Assembly (NCBI RefSeq): GCF_018350175.1
Contig: NC_058377.1
Coordinates: forward strand, 106,206,001-106,270,000
DNA from: Felis catus
Lineage: Eukaryota
Reading direction: 5' to 3'
DNA: 64,000 nt
Shown here: one piece after another, positions 18,182 to 40,500 of the stretch
How the letters are laid out: the number at the start of each line of letters is the position of its first letter
How positions within the stretch are numbered: the first letter of the stretch is position 1
Notes under the pieces: generated by a model
What the model was told of the DNA's origin: nothing
Database searches by the model: none
The model's input: only the letters and a program-made list of their open reading frames with translations
Position numbers and translations under genes: made by a program

Positions 18182-19124
18182 GCTGGAACTTCCATCGTGG
18201 GCACTGGGACCTTGCTCCCGCGCAAGAGTCGGAGGCGGCCTTTCTCCTCCGTACGCCCAGCGGGGAGACCCGATTGAGGATGCCGCGCCCAGGCCTCCCT
18301 GAGGCCCTGGGAGCCGCTGCAGGGTGAGCACGTCCCCTATCAAAAGATGCACTGACTGCACTTTAACATCCTACGTCGCGGGCGGGGGCGTCGGATATGG
18401 TGAACCCGAAGGAACCAATAAATCACGTTCCTCCGTCCAGTCTGTGAGCCCTGCAGTCTGGCGCCTCTAAATGTCTAGAGTGTTCTGGGGGGCCCGTGCT
18501 GGGGAAGCGGATGACTGTGGCTCCCATGTGCCCCGCAGCGACCAAAACACAATGTCATGTGGTTGTTCAAGTGTACTTTTGATAACCAAGTGACATTCTC
18601 GAAATCAGAACTAATGCTGGAAAATCCTGTAGCAATTGGTGCCCATGGAGGACACTTTGGGTTTCCTGTCCTGTGAGGTTGGAGAGGGGCTTCTAGCATT
18701 TAACATACGCTATGATGCTTTCTGGGGCTATTGAACCTTTGGAGGTCAATCTGCTAGGAGTGAAAGGAGCATGCGTTCAGTAAGACAGATCTTGATGAAA
18801 GTCCTGCATGTTACAAAACCTCTTGGAGCCTCAGTCCTGTTACATAAAAGGTGGTAATTATCTTGAGGGTTGTTGGGAAAAAATTAACTTAGAAATGTAA
18901 AGTGCAGTGCTTGGCACAGAGCAGCCTTTGATATAGGTAGTGGGGTTTTTCCCCTTCCAGGTTTTCACTGTAGTAGTCTGTAATCCCCGAATCCAGTCAT
19001 GGGATTTCTTGGGAATCTCTGAAGGAGCGAGATAATTTCCCTGTGGTCTGCCTCACATCCGGTGGTTCCAAAGAAGATAGCAATTGAAGGGGAGGGGGGA
19101 AAGCTTGCTTTTATTTATTATTTA

Positions 19125-20168
19125 TGAGAGTGTGTTATTTATTTTTGAGAGAGAGAGATACGGAGTGCAAGTGGGGGAAGGGCAGAGAGAGAGGGAGACA
19201 CAGAATCCAAAGCAGGCTCCAGGCTCCGAGCTGACGGCACAGAGCCCAATGCAGGGATCAAACCCACGAACTGCGAGATCATGACCTGAGCCGAAGTCAG
19301 ACACTTAACCAACTGAGTCACCCAGGCTTCCTCAAGAGAGAGAGAATCGTAAGCAGCTTCCACGCTCAGCATGGAGCCCCACACAGGTTTCAAGCCCAAG
19401 AACCTGGGATCATGACCTGAGCTGAAATCAAGAGTGGGATGCTCAACGGACTGAGCCACCCAGGTACCCCTGCTTTTATTTAAATAAAGCCAGGACAATA
19501 AATAAAGCTTGGTTAACACTGAGGTGTAAACCCAGATGGTGCACTGGTGCTGTTTTCACCCGATGGATGAAGTCCCAAGCCAAATGCACTTGTTATGTGT
19601 GATCTTTGGTTTAACCGTGGCCTCTTTCTAGCAGGGGAATGAGAGGGAAAAGGTCAGCAGCTGTTTGAGGGAGTACGAGGATGAGAGCGGCAGTGAGAGG
19701 CTACGATGAAGGAACTTGGGAGGTTCAGAGCCTGAGCCCTAGAGTCAAGCTCCTCAGGTGGGTTGGTTTCCGTAAGTCACATGCTTTGGTGTCCCAGTCT
19801 CTAAAATGGGATAATTGGGGGCACCTGGCAGGCTTGGCAGGCAGAAAGAGACCACGACATTCAGTCTCAGGGTTGTGAGTTCAAGCCTCACACTGGGTGC
19901 AGAGATTAAATAAAAACTTTTATACAAATAAAGATGGCATGACTGTACCAACCCCAGATAACTGCCTTCGTATCTCTGTTAACACATATATTTATTTTGA
20001 GAGCGAGCGAGCAAGCACGAGTTGAGGAGATGCAGAGGGGGAGAGAATCCCAAGCAGGTTCCATGCTGTCTGCACAGAGCCTGATGTGGGGCCTGAACCC
20101 ATGAACCGTGAGATCATGACCTGAGCTGAAGTCAGACGCTTAACTGACTGAGCCACCCAGGTGCCCCC
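19125..20168. mobile_element. Can-SINE cluster (19125-19330 -, 19335-19470 -, 19816-19915 +, 19990-20168 -)
   Basis: SINE heads and tails. Confidence 0.88.
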
Positions 20169-20704
20169 AAAATTACTCTTTAATAGCTAATACTTACTGG
20201 GAACTTATTAAGTGCCAGGGAGCTACACTAAAGCACCTGTATCAGCGTTATGTAATACCCATAACAATGAATTAACAGGTACTATCATCCTTATTTTACA
20301 GGAAGCAACTAGGCTGGCTTCAAGAAGTCGGGGGAGGGGGGGGTGCCAAAAAAAAAAAAAAAGGCAGGCACACAAGTAAGGATCTCAGGCTTATGCACTA
20401 CCTTACCCATAGGAGCAAATTGTGCTGCTCGTCGTACTCTACCCCCAACACTTCTCTTAACTTCCCAAAAAGAAAGATCCAGAGATTGTAATCAAGTTTC
20501 TGTATGGAAACTGAAGATGAAAAATAAGGTCTGTTTTAAATGCCTTCCCTGTAACTTCTCCCTCTGCCTCAGTTTTGTCCCTCCCAGCCACTCAGGAAGG
20601 AGTCAGGCACATACAGAACTCAGAGGGTCTATTTATTAGGAAGGAGATGTCAGTGCTCTATCAAACATGAAGATGTCAGAGAGGGATGGTGGGATAAAGG
20701 CCTC

Positions 20705-23049
20705 TCAGCTGGGACATTTCTTGGCCACAATGAGGACAGCAGAAGGCACAAGTCCTAAAGATGGGAGAAAACAGCTTTGACCTCAAAGATCCTTGCTCTT
20801 TGCCCCCCAAAATTTCTGGCTTCATACCATCTCCACAAAGTCTCTTCCCCTGGCATTCCTTCCTTTCTCAGGCATCCCCTCCCCTCCCCCAAGTCCTGTT
20901 TCTGATCGCACGTGTCATACCCAGCTCCTGCAGAGGCCGTTCCATGTCAGCCTCTGAGAAGGCCCGCCGGGGGAAGCCACTGAGCAACTGCACGGGGTCC
21001 TGGTCCCCTCCAGGCTCTTCTCCACGGTGGAGCTCCACATAGAGCCTCACAGCTGCCAGCTGTTCCCGTGCCCGGAACGTCTGGGTCAGTGAGGTCCCAT
21101 CTGGCAGCCTGACCTAGAGGGCAAGCGTGAAACACAGTATTGTGAGCGTCAGAACTGAGTGAGGTGCTCAAGTAAGGAAAAGAAGAGTTGCAAAGTTGGC
21201 TCCTGCTTCCTGTTAGACTGGACCGGTGTAATTACTCTTCAAAGCACCTCATGAACAACCACTTATGCTGTGGTTTACTAAGCACTGAAGAAAGGCTCCC
21301 AGCTTCCTCACATTTTAACAAAGACAAGACCATCCAAAAACCTCTAGATAAACACCACGTCATGCAGGTTGCTGTGTAATAAACGAAATGAAAACACGAT
21401 CAACTAAAAAGGTAATTGCTGAGTAAGACGGAAGTATGGATTTAAATAAGACTGGAGCAAGTGAAATGCGATATCTTTCCTAAGAGTAGAGGAGGTAGGA
21501 TTTCAAAAGTCACTTACAAAGAAGGGAGAGGTTTGGCAAAGGGAACATAACTGAAAAAAGCTCTGAGCCAGGTGGACAAAGGGATCCCAGAAGCAAGACA
21601 GGAATTAGAATCAGTACCTGTATGCGACACTGGTCATATTCCCGCTTGGTGGGAGGCTCCTGGCTGGGAGAGGAGGGAACAGGGCCTGGCTCTGTTGGTG
21701 GTGACGGCCGAGAACCCACGCTACCACCATACTGGAGGACAAAGGAAAACACTGATCAGGCTCACCCACTCTTAAGAGAAACACACTACGCCCATCCTTT
21801 TCCTCTGAAGCTACAAAAGGGTTTCTACTAGCCTACCTACTTCATGACCCCAGTGTCTTCCCAATCACCTACCTTCTTGGCTCTCTCTGCTTTGTCTCTT
21901 TCAATCTTTTCTCGGACTCTTTGTCTGGAATGCAGACAAGAAGAAAGTAGGTCGGACACTGACAAAGCAAATCTAGATTCCTTTCTCCTCTCGTATCCAA
22001 TATCCCCATCACCCAGACCTGGCTGCTAACTCTTCAGCCTTTTCCCTCCTCCGCTCTTCAGCAGCCCGCCGCATCTCATCTTCCTGTAGCCGCTGCCGGG
22101 CAGCTGATAACTCTTGCCCTTGTTTCCTGCGCTGCCGTTCCCGTTCTAATGCCTCTCGCTCCTCTCTTTCTTCCCGCTCCCGCTGCTTCTGGGCCACCAG
22201 CTCCAACATCCTGTGTGGCAGAAAGGAAAGAGCTCAAGAGAAACGGACACAGATTGGGAAGGTGAGTTCATAACGGATTCAAAATGAAATCAGGGAACAC
22301 GCGTCCCAAAAGAGGTGAGAGAAACAAAGAGGAAGCCGCCAAGTAAGGATGGAGGGAACACGGGAAGTTCCAGGTTCTTTGATCAGACTTGTGCATCATG
22401 GAAAAGTGGAAGGTGACCCTCAGAAATGTGACACTGTTCGTGACTATACCTTTTAGTCTGTTCCTGTCTCTCCTCTTCACTCAAAACGGGTTTGCCTTCT
22501 CCGGCGTTAGAGCTGGTTCCTACAAACAAGCAATCAGTGTTACTGGCCGTTCATGCTCCTCGAGCTCTCGTGAATAATCACACTGTGTCCCTCAGTCAGG
22601 ACCTTCAGGGCCGCCTGGCTCCGAGGAGGTGGGTTCCCGTCCCAGGACGTGTCCAAGGGGGGTCGGTAGAGGCTCGTCTACATCGGGGTCGTCTTCGTGC
22701 TCCATCAACCTGGCAAGGGAAGTCGGGAGGGACGTTAACAATGAGGCTGCCCCTTCCAGCAGTCCCCAGTCCCCTGCCACCCGGTCTGAGCGCTCACCAG
22801 TCCATTGCAGCCTCGATGCCCTGGTTCCCCGTGAGGGCCAGAGCCTTCTCCCTGGGGGCAGAAACACCGTGAATAGCGCCCGCGAGCCATGGTGTGGGTC
22901 AGGCTGGGGCGTGGAGCCTGAGACCAGGCTGGGGGAAAGGCGCAGACAGGTCCGCGATCCCCGCGGGCCAGGGTTAGGGGACTCCCTTACGCGCGTCCCC
23001 TAGGGAAGCCCATCTCGATGAGACTCTCCAGAGCCGTCAGCTCCGCCAT
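20705..23049 (-). CDS. UBXN1: UBX domain-containing protein 1 (296 aa, 9 coding exons)
   Basis: Exons 22991-23049, 22798-22851, 22603-22709, 22450-22519, 22019-22210, 21873-21924, 21618-21731, 20921-21113, 20705-20754; 891 nt; UBA (EMGFPR), coiled coil, UBX (RIQVRLPDG...GFPRR); AATAAA 20632-20637; non-coding exon donor at 23185. Confidence 0.97.
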
Positions 23050-23189
23050 GGCGCCACCACCGCCGCTTCCGCGGGGACCTGGAGGAGGGCGAGAAGGAGG
23101 GCGCAGGAAGGTCAGCGCTGGGGCGCCCCCGAGCCGCCGCACGGTGCCGCCCCCCGACGTCCCAGCCGGGCGTTCTCTTACTTACCCGG

Positions 23190-23500
23190 CTCTAGACCCG
23201 CCGCGGACACTGACGAGAAGAAAGCCGAGGGGAAGCGGAAGTGCCCGGATCTGTTTGGGTCACGTGGGGGCGGACGTGGACGGGTGCCGCCGAGAGCCAG
23301 AAAACACAGGCCCGGCCCGGCTGCCCGGGCCCCGTGAGGGCGGGGAAGGGCGGCGCATCCGAGGACGCTGACGGGGGAGGCGATACCCCCTCCCCCCCCC
23401 AAGACTGGGACGCCGGCAGCGGTGGGGAAGAAGGGTGGTGCGGCTTTGAAACCCAAGGGCGGAATGAGGCAAGCTCTGAGCGCAACCAATTGGAAAGTTA
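23190..23500 (-). promoter_or_regulatory. UBXN1 CpG promoter and first non-coding exon
   Basis: ETS-like CGGAAGTG ~23237, E-box CACGTG 23261-23266, CCAATTGG ~23487. Confidence 0.6.
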
Positions 23501-26023
23501 CTTGGCTTGTTGATCGGGAGCCATAGACATGTTCCTACTCTTTGACCCACTCATCCTCTCCGGGGAATTGAGCCATCCTCCGCTCGCCTGCCAGAGGGAT
23601 CTTTTGCAAAACATAACTCCGTGATCCTGTCATCACCTCCCTGCTTAAATGTTCTCCATGACAACTCCAGTCACTTAGAACGAAACAAGTGCTTAGTAGT
23701 CTGGCTTCCTCCGTTTTTTGTTCTTGTTGTTGTTTGTTTAGAGGCCTCTGTAAAGTGAGAACAACAACAATAAGCCCTTCCCTTAGGTACCTGGCAGGAG
23801 TGCGCTGTGTAAATGTTGGTAGTGCGCAGCGTCATCTCCCACCACTTGCTGGTAATTTGTGCAGATTGCAAAACAGGCCGTCTTGCTTTTCCAGGCGCCT
23901 GCACCTACGAGTCCCTCCGCCTGGGATGTCCTGCCTCTTTGGTGGGACTGGTTAATTCCCAATTTTCAGACTGGACCCTAGGTTTGCTTTCTAAGGGAAT
24001 CCTGCTTTGAGCAACCCCCATCCACCTCCCAGCTCCAGCATTTACCCCCTTAAGCATTTATTCCCCTGTGTAGTCCTCGTTGATTACTTAGCCCTACACC
24101 GCTAGGCCCAGGCTGTTAGATCCCTTAAGGTAAACTCACTTTGAATGTTTATAAGGAGGCAGAGTCATACTAAGTTACTAACATTGATAGTATATGCCCT
24201 GGACTTTTATAGAATTAATGTATATTTAATCATCACAACAATCTATATGATCATACTACTACTAGTCACAGGGAACACACACAGAAAAAATGTCATAAAG
24301 CTGGTAAATAGCTAAGCTAGGATCCAAACCCATGCAGTACGCATTCACTACACCACTATGCTATGTTGCCTCTCCATAGTGGAGGGAACATCAGCTTTGG
24401 AGCTGGGCATCCTAACTCCTTACCTGTAGCCTCAAACCGTTTAGAACCTCAAATTTCTCATCTCCTCAAAGGGGACACTGTCTTTTGTAATAATTGCGGT
24501 GAAGAGTAAATAAGAATGCTTGCAAAGCACGTCTTGAATAAGGAGAGAGTGGGTCCTCGTTATTTGTAAATGAATAAATGCTGAGGAAATACAGGAAGCA
24601 AATTTAAAAAGGGACAAAGTATTCACTACAGTGTGGCAAGTGCATTATAGATAACAAATGTATTCTAAATTTATCCTAGAGGTCCAGTAATTTTTTTTTA
24701 ATCCATAATTATATAGGACTGTGTTCTTTCATCTACTTCCAGGTCAGTACCCTATAGAAATGCAAACATATGAGGATACACAGAGACATCACAACAAACA
24801 CTGAAGACAAATGTTCCATTAAAGGGCGACAACTTCTGTCAGTTAAGGAGCATCGTCCTATGGAAAGTTATGCAGCCTTTGACATAACTAAGGAGGTTAC
24901 AATTTGCCACAAATCATGGAACATTGTGGAACATTATCCGTCATCCCTTTAGTGAATAAAGAAAACATTTGCACTGAACAAAGCACTGCTCTGCTAGGGG
25001 GTGATTACCTCCCGAGAAAAAGGGGAACTTTCCTTTATATTCTTCAGTAGTGCTTGAAACTCACAGAAATGTTATTTCTATAATTAAAAGTTATAAGACC
25101 AGCAAAAACGAGGATTATACTCTGTAGCCATCCCAGACTTTTCTACATCCAGTTAAGTGAAAGAGAAATTCGAAAATACACACTACTCTGGGGGGAAAAA
25201 GGACACACGACGCTGAAAAATAGGTGTGTGGACAGGGAAATGAAAAGGATCATGAAAAATGCAAATGTCTTCCTTTAACATATCCTTTAATGTTGGTACA
25301 TGGATGTGCAATAAACACAAATTGAGGGGAAGTGGGGGACATCCCTGGGATTTGGGGGTCCCAGACAACAGCTCAGGCAGGTCCCTCTTTCCATCCCGTA
25401 TCAGCCATTCATTTTCACCCACTTCAGACACAGGTGAATTCTGACCCCGGTGTGCCCATCTTTGATATCTAAACAAAAGGCAACAGCGGGAACAGCCTTG
25501 CCCCAAACTCCCATCCTGCAGCAGCTTGTTCTCAAAATCCCATTGAGGCCACCAATGCGCCAGAGCCCTTTTGAGGGTGTATGACAGGGGTTGCGATTGG
25601 CTAACTACAGCCAACGGGTCTAATGTGGCTGGGGCCTGATTCCTCAGACCCATGAGCTAAGAATGGTTTCTCCATTTTTACACTGTCGCACGGCTAAGGA
25701 AGTACCTATGCAATACCTTTGCTTTGGTCCTCTGGACCTGCAAAGCCTAAATCATTTACTATCTGGTCCTTTAAGTAAAAAGTTCCCAATGCCTTCTGCT
25801 CCGTTCCAAACCTCGGCCTGGAGCAGGACAGAAAGTCTGGGACCTGAACAAGCTCTCAGGTTGAGCACTGAGACTCAGCTGGGGCCCGAGTGCCTGGCCA
25901 CCCTGACTCTGCTGTCCAGGCTGCTCAGGGCAGCAGTGGGAACCGCCTCCTCCCAGGGAGTCCAGGCCGAGCTCTGCTCCCTAAGCCCGGGCTCCGCTGG
26001 GCCTGAGAGGCCCCCAGGCTGCT

Positions 26024-26815
<792 letters not shown>

Positions 26816-27336
26816 TCAACAAAATCTCCGGGGACGGGGAACACAGCTGAGGGCCAGGAGGAGACCAAGAGAGAGGAGGAAAGGAGACTGACACTCTTAA
26901 TTTGTCAACCAACTTCTGAATAGGCGATATGTACTTGGTTTGGGGCAAAAAAAACACAACAAAACAAAAACAAAAACCACCCCAAATGTAGTCTGACACA
27001 TGGGTGTGTGACCAGCCATGTGTGAAGTACCAGAAACAGTTAATGAATAAGCAAAGTGCTGGAGGGGAAAAGAAGAGGAAATGATTTATTCAGCCTGGGG
27101 AAGAAAGGTGGAATATTTCCCAGCTGCCACCCAGAGAAAAGATCTGAGTAAAACAATCATCGGTGGGAGACAGACACAAAAACCCAAAAGGAGACCGAAA
27201 TGAGAGAGGAGAGGGAACAGAAGGGGAAACCAAGGACCTTGGAACCCTCTCCACCTGTCAAGGGAGTTCCAGTCCCTGCCTGCTCCCCCCCTCCCCACCT
27301 CCCACCACTCTTCCCTGGCCCCCAGCAGCCCCTCAC

Positions 27337-27590
27337 CAGTGGGTGGGTCTTGCGGCAGCTCAAATCTTCAAGCAGATGTCTTTGGGTCTGAGGCTGAGCC
27401 CCCAGGCGCACAGGCTGCGCAGTCAGGTTTTGTCAGTGTCTTCTCTTCAATTTCAATTCTCTTTTGGCTCGAAGCTTTTATACCCTTCAACTATGATGTC
27501 ACCACGTAGCCCCCCTCCCCCGGCCCCCCCTCTATCCCCGTGAATGCCAAGAAGCGGGCTGGTCCCTTCAGAGGGCCTGAGTCACGGGGC
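27337..27590 (-). promoter_or_regulatory. LRRN4CL TATA promoter and non-coding exon 1
   Basis: TATAAAA on - strand 27482-27476; donor CTG|gtgagg at 27336; AP-1 TGAGTCA ~27578. Confidence 0.6.
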
Positions 27591-28289
27591 CAGGGAAGGG
27601 GGTGGGGGGGGGGGAGCCACATGCAGCTGTTTCATCTGGAGGCCGGGATGCCTGGGTTCTGAAAGGGGATTGGAATGTGGAAAGCAGCCAGGAGCTGAGA
27701 ATCAAAAGGCTGAAGTTATGTGGAGGGGTGAGGAGGGGAGCATGAAACAGAGGGCCACCTGGCTGGAATCAGAGAGGAAAACAGCTGTGGGCAGCATGGG
27801 GCCTGGGCTACAAAATGCTGTTTCGGTAAAAATCATACCACATCCATGGCAGTCATTTCCTGTCTTCTGCCTCCCAATGGACGGAGAAAGGGAGGGGTGC
27901 ACAGGCCAGAATGATGTAGCCCAGCTCTCCAGACCCGCCCTACACGATCCCCCTCCCCAGAGGGAGATGAAAGAATCACGTGGATGGAGTGGGCAGGATA
28001 GGTTTTCTCTCCTTGGACTTCCTAGGTTTGTGAACGGGAACAGCTGTACCCAAAACAGTCCACGGTCCGGAGGCCTTTCCCACCGGCAGCCCCCAACAAG
28101 ACAACCTCCTCCAATTCGGGGTGGCAAGGAGGATGCCTGGGGAACACAGCATTTCCAATGGCCTTGAATCCATTTCGAGGAGTCAGAGAAGCAGCTGGCA
28201 TGAAAATAGTTTATTGGGGGGAAGACACAGGAAAGGGAAGGGAGTCAGGTGGGAAAGGGCTGGAATGTGGGGACTCTGCCTCGTTCTCT

Positions 28290-37820
<9,531 letters not shown>

Positions 37821-38991
37821 CTTCCTGACGTCCCTTGTCGCCCCTGGATCTTCCATTCGAATCACTTGTGGCTAGAATATGAACTGGTTGGTGATCTAGA
37901 AGCTGGTTACCTGTAGCTCATCACATTTTCCTGGGCATAGGGAATGGAGGGTCCCTGGGAAAGACAAGAAGATTCAGGTACTACATGCTATGTCAGAGCG
38001 GAGGGAGGAGGGAGGAGGGGAGGGCGACTGCCCAGCTGATGTCAGATTTTCAAATGAGCAGGGTCCCCCGCAGCCAGTACTGACTCCACTGCAGGGGATG
38101 TCACAGGTCCAGACCACCCCATTTAAAGGGGGGGGGGGGGGGGAAGAGAGTCGGCCTGGGCCTCAGCTCCTTCCAGCTCCTTCGTAGCCCAGACTCAGAA
38201 TGCCTGCAATGGGGGAAGGGCAGCTAAGAGAGACCGTTAACAGTGGGGGTGTGCGTAGGGGCTGCAGTCAGCAGCCAGGCTCCCCCATTGGCCGGGCAGT
38301 TGGTATGCTCCAGTATCCGAGCAGCTCCTTCTAGCATCCTTCATCCTTAAGGTACCAGCGTCTGGGCAGTGCTTGAGCTTCAGGAACTGGGTCCAGCCCT
38401 CGACGGACCTCTGCCCTGACCCTCCCCAGTGGCCTTCTTTGTGTCAGCTGCTTCGGCTGCTGCAGCAGATACTTTCAGCGGCAACTCCCTGCAAGGTGGG
38501 GCACCCATCTCAGGCAGGTTTTGTGCACCCCACTGACTACTCCCCAGGGCTGCCACACTGCCTGTGGCTTCAGGTGAGTAGGGAGCATCCTGCTTTTCTC
38601 CCGTTGGGGCTCAAGGGGGCAGGTGGGGGTTATGTGCCCTCCTCAACAGGGCGGGGCTCTTTCTGGTTGAGGCTTCCAGAGCTGCGAACACATGGCTGGA
38701 AGAGCCAAAAAGCCTTAAATCGTTTGTATGTTTAATGATCTGTGGCCCAGGTCGTGTGGGAATTTGGGGGGGTATCTCATCCCACCTTCTCCATTTCCTT
38801 AGTCTGGGAAGACAGGGATGGGAAAGGCCCCTGGAGGATGGAGATACGAGAAACAAAATACTGGGCCACATGACCCCAGCCTTGTAAAGACAGATGAAAA
38901 ATGAACATGGGGGGGGGTGGTCTTCAGATAAGATTAGGCAGCACCCACCCACCTTCATTATGCTCCGAGCTATCCCACTCTTTTCTCCAGG

Positions 38992-39494
38992 ATGAAAGGG
39001 GAGACCCCTGTGAACAGCACTATGAGTATTGGGCAAGCCCGCAAGATGGTGGAACAGCTTAAGATTGAAGCCAGCTTGTGCCGGATAAAGGTGGGTGGAC
39101 CCTGGATCCTATTAGTTGGCCCACTTGTGCTGTAGGTCCCCAAACCTCAGGTTAAGAGATGTTTTCTTTCCTTGACTCCCTGCCATCAGGGGAGGAGTCT
39201 CCGGTTCTGTAAGGGCAGCCGTCCCCTGGCCGCTGCCAGGGATGAGGGAAGAGAAGACTGTCTTAAGGAGCCCTAGAGATGGCAAAAGATAACCCATTTG
39301 GGGAGGGAGGCTGCAGCCCCTCTCAGGGGATCTGGCTAACCATTCCCCTCCTGGCTGTGTCCCAGGTGTCCAAGGCAGCAGCGGACTTGATGACTTACTG
39401 TGATGCCCACGCCTGCGAGGATCCCCTCATCACCCCTGTGCCCACTTCGGAGAACCCCTTCCGGGAGAAGAAGTTCTTCTGTGCCCTCCTCTGA
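38992..39494 (+). CDS. GNG3: G protein subunit gamma 3 (75 aa, 2 coding exons)
   Basis: Exons 38992-39090 ([33 protein letters not shown]) and 39366-39494 ([18 protein letters not shown]); non-coding exon donor at 38574; AATAAA 39865-39870. Confidence 0.98.
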
Positions 39495-40119
39495 GTCGCC
39501 CCGTCCCTCCCCACAAGCTCTTCACCTTTCCTCCTCCTAGGCCCTTCCTTAGGTCAGTAACTGTCGTGAGCCCCTGAGGGTCCCTGCATCCCATCCCTAG
39601 CCCTTGTCCAACCCTGTGAGGTTATCTGAAGCACAAGGCTCTCCGTCACCTATCTGTGGACCCCATTTCCTCGCCCACTTCGGCCGACCCCAAGTACCCC
39701 CTGACTAGGGGAGCCCCCTTAGCTCCGTCCCCAGAAGGGCCGTCCGACTGCCAGCGTCCTGCCGGCTTCTCTCTGTGATCCGCTCAGACAATGGAGAGAG
39801 GGATGGGCCGGGTGCTTGCTCTCAGTCTCACCTGGAGCTATCAGAAGGGTAAAGCCATTTGAAGAATAAAGTCATCCAGAGTCTCAGAGGACAAGCTCCT
39901 GTGTTAGCGTTCTTGGGGAGAGGATCATCAATCTGTAGATCTGGGGCTGTGTACGGCAGGTGAGAGGCTTGCCATACCCAAGGAATAGGGTTAGTCAAAT
40001 CAGTTTAGACACTGTCTAGGATCGGGGACCGCCTGGATTGGGGGGATGGCGGGCGCAAGAGAGCGTCTCGAGTGGAAGGATTTTAGTTGCAACAGACACT
40101 CAGGGGGCCACGGAAAGCA

Positions 40120-40500
40120 TTCACACCCCCGCGCGCGCGCGAAAGCACTGAACGCAAGTGAAAATGAAAACAGACCGAACAGGGCGGCTCTTAGGAAGGG
40201 ATCTTGAGGGCAGTCGCAGACAGCAGGAACTCAGTAACGGAGGGGAGGAGCTCGGCCCCAGTTCCTGCGAAGGGGCAGGTTTTGCTCCTAAGATGGCCGC
40301 GCCCACAGTGGGCCCCTTTCCAAGATGGCCACCGCCATGGGATCCGCGCCAATATGGCGGCCCCACGTCACTGAGTTTCACCGTACAGGGCTTCCGAGCT
40401 ATCCCCATACTTAAAATGGCGGCCCCAGGCATCTAGAGTTCTCAATATGGTCCCTTCTGTGTTCATCTGGTCTCAAAATGGCTGCCCCTGCCCTCGTCAA
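40120..40500. promoter_or_regulatory. CpG-rich element with clustered YY1 motifs, probably a distal BSCL2 promoter
   Basis: Six or seven AANATGG(C) motifs between 40290 and 40486; CCACGTCA 40363-40370. Confidence 0.6.

Noticed and set aside
17749-18327. 192-aa ORF across UQCC3
   Set aside because: GTG start plus read-through of the 91-nt intron; the spliced 89-aa model explains the region
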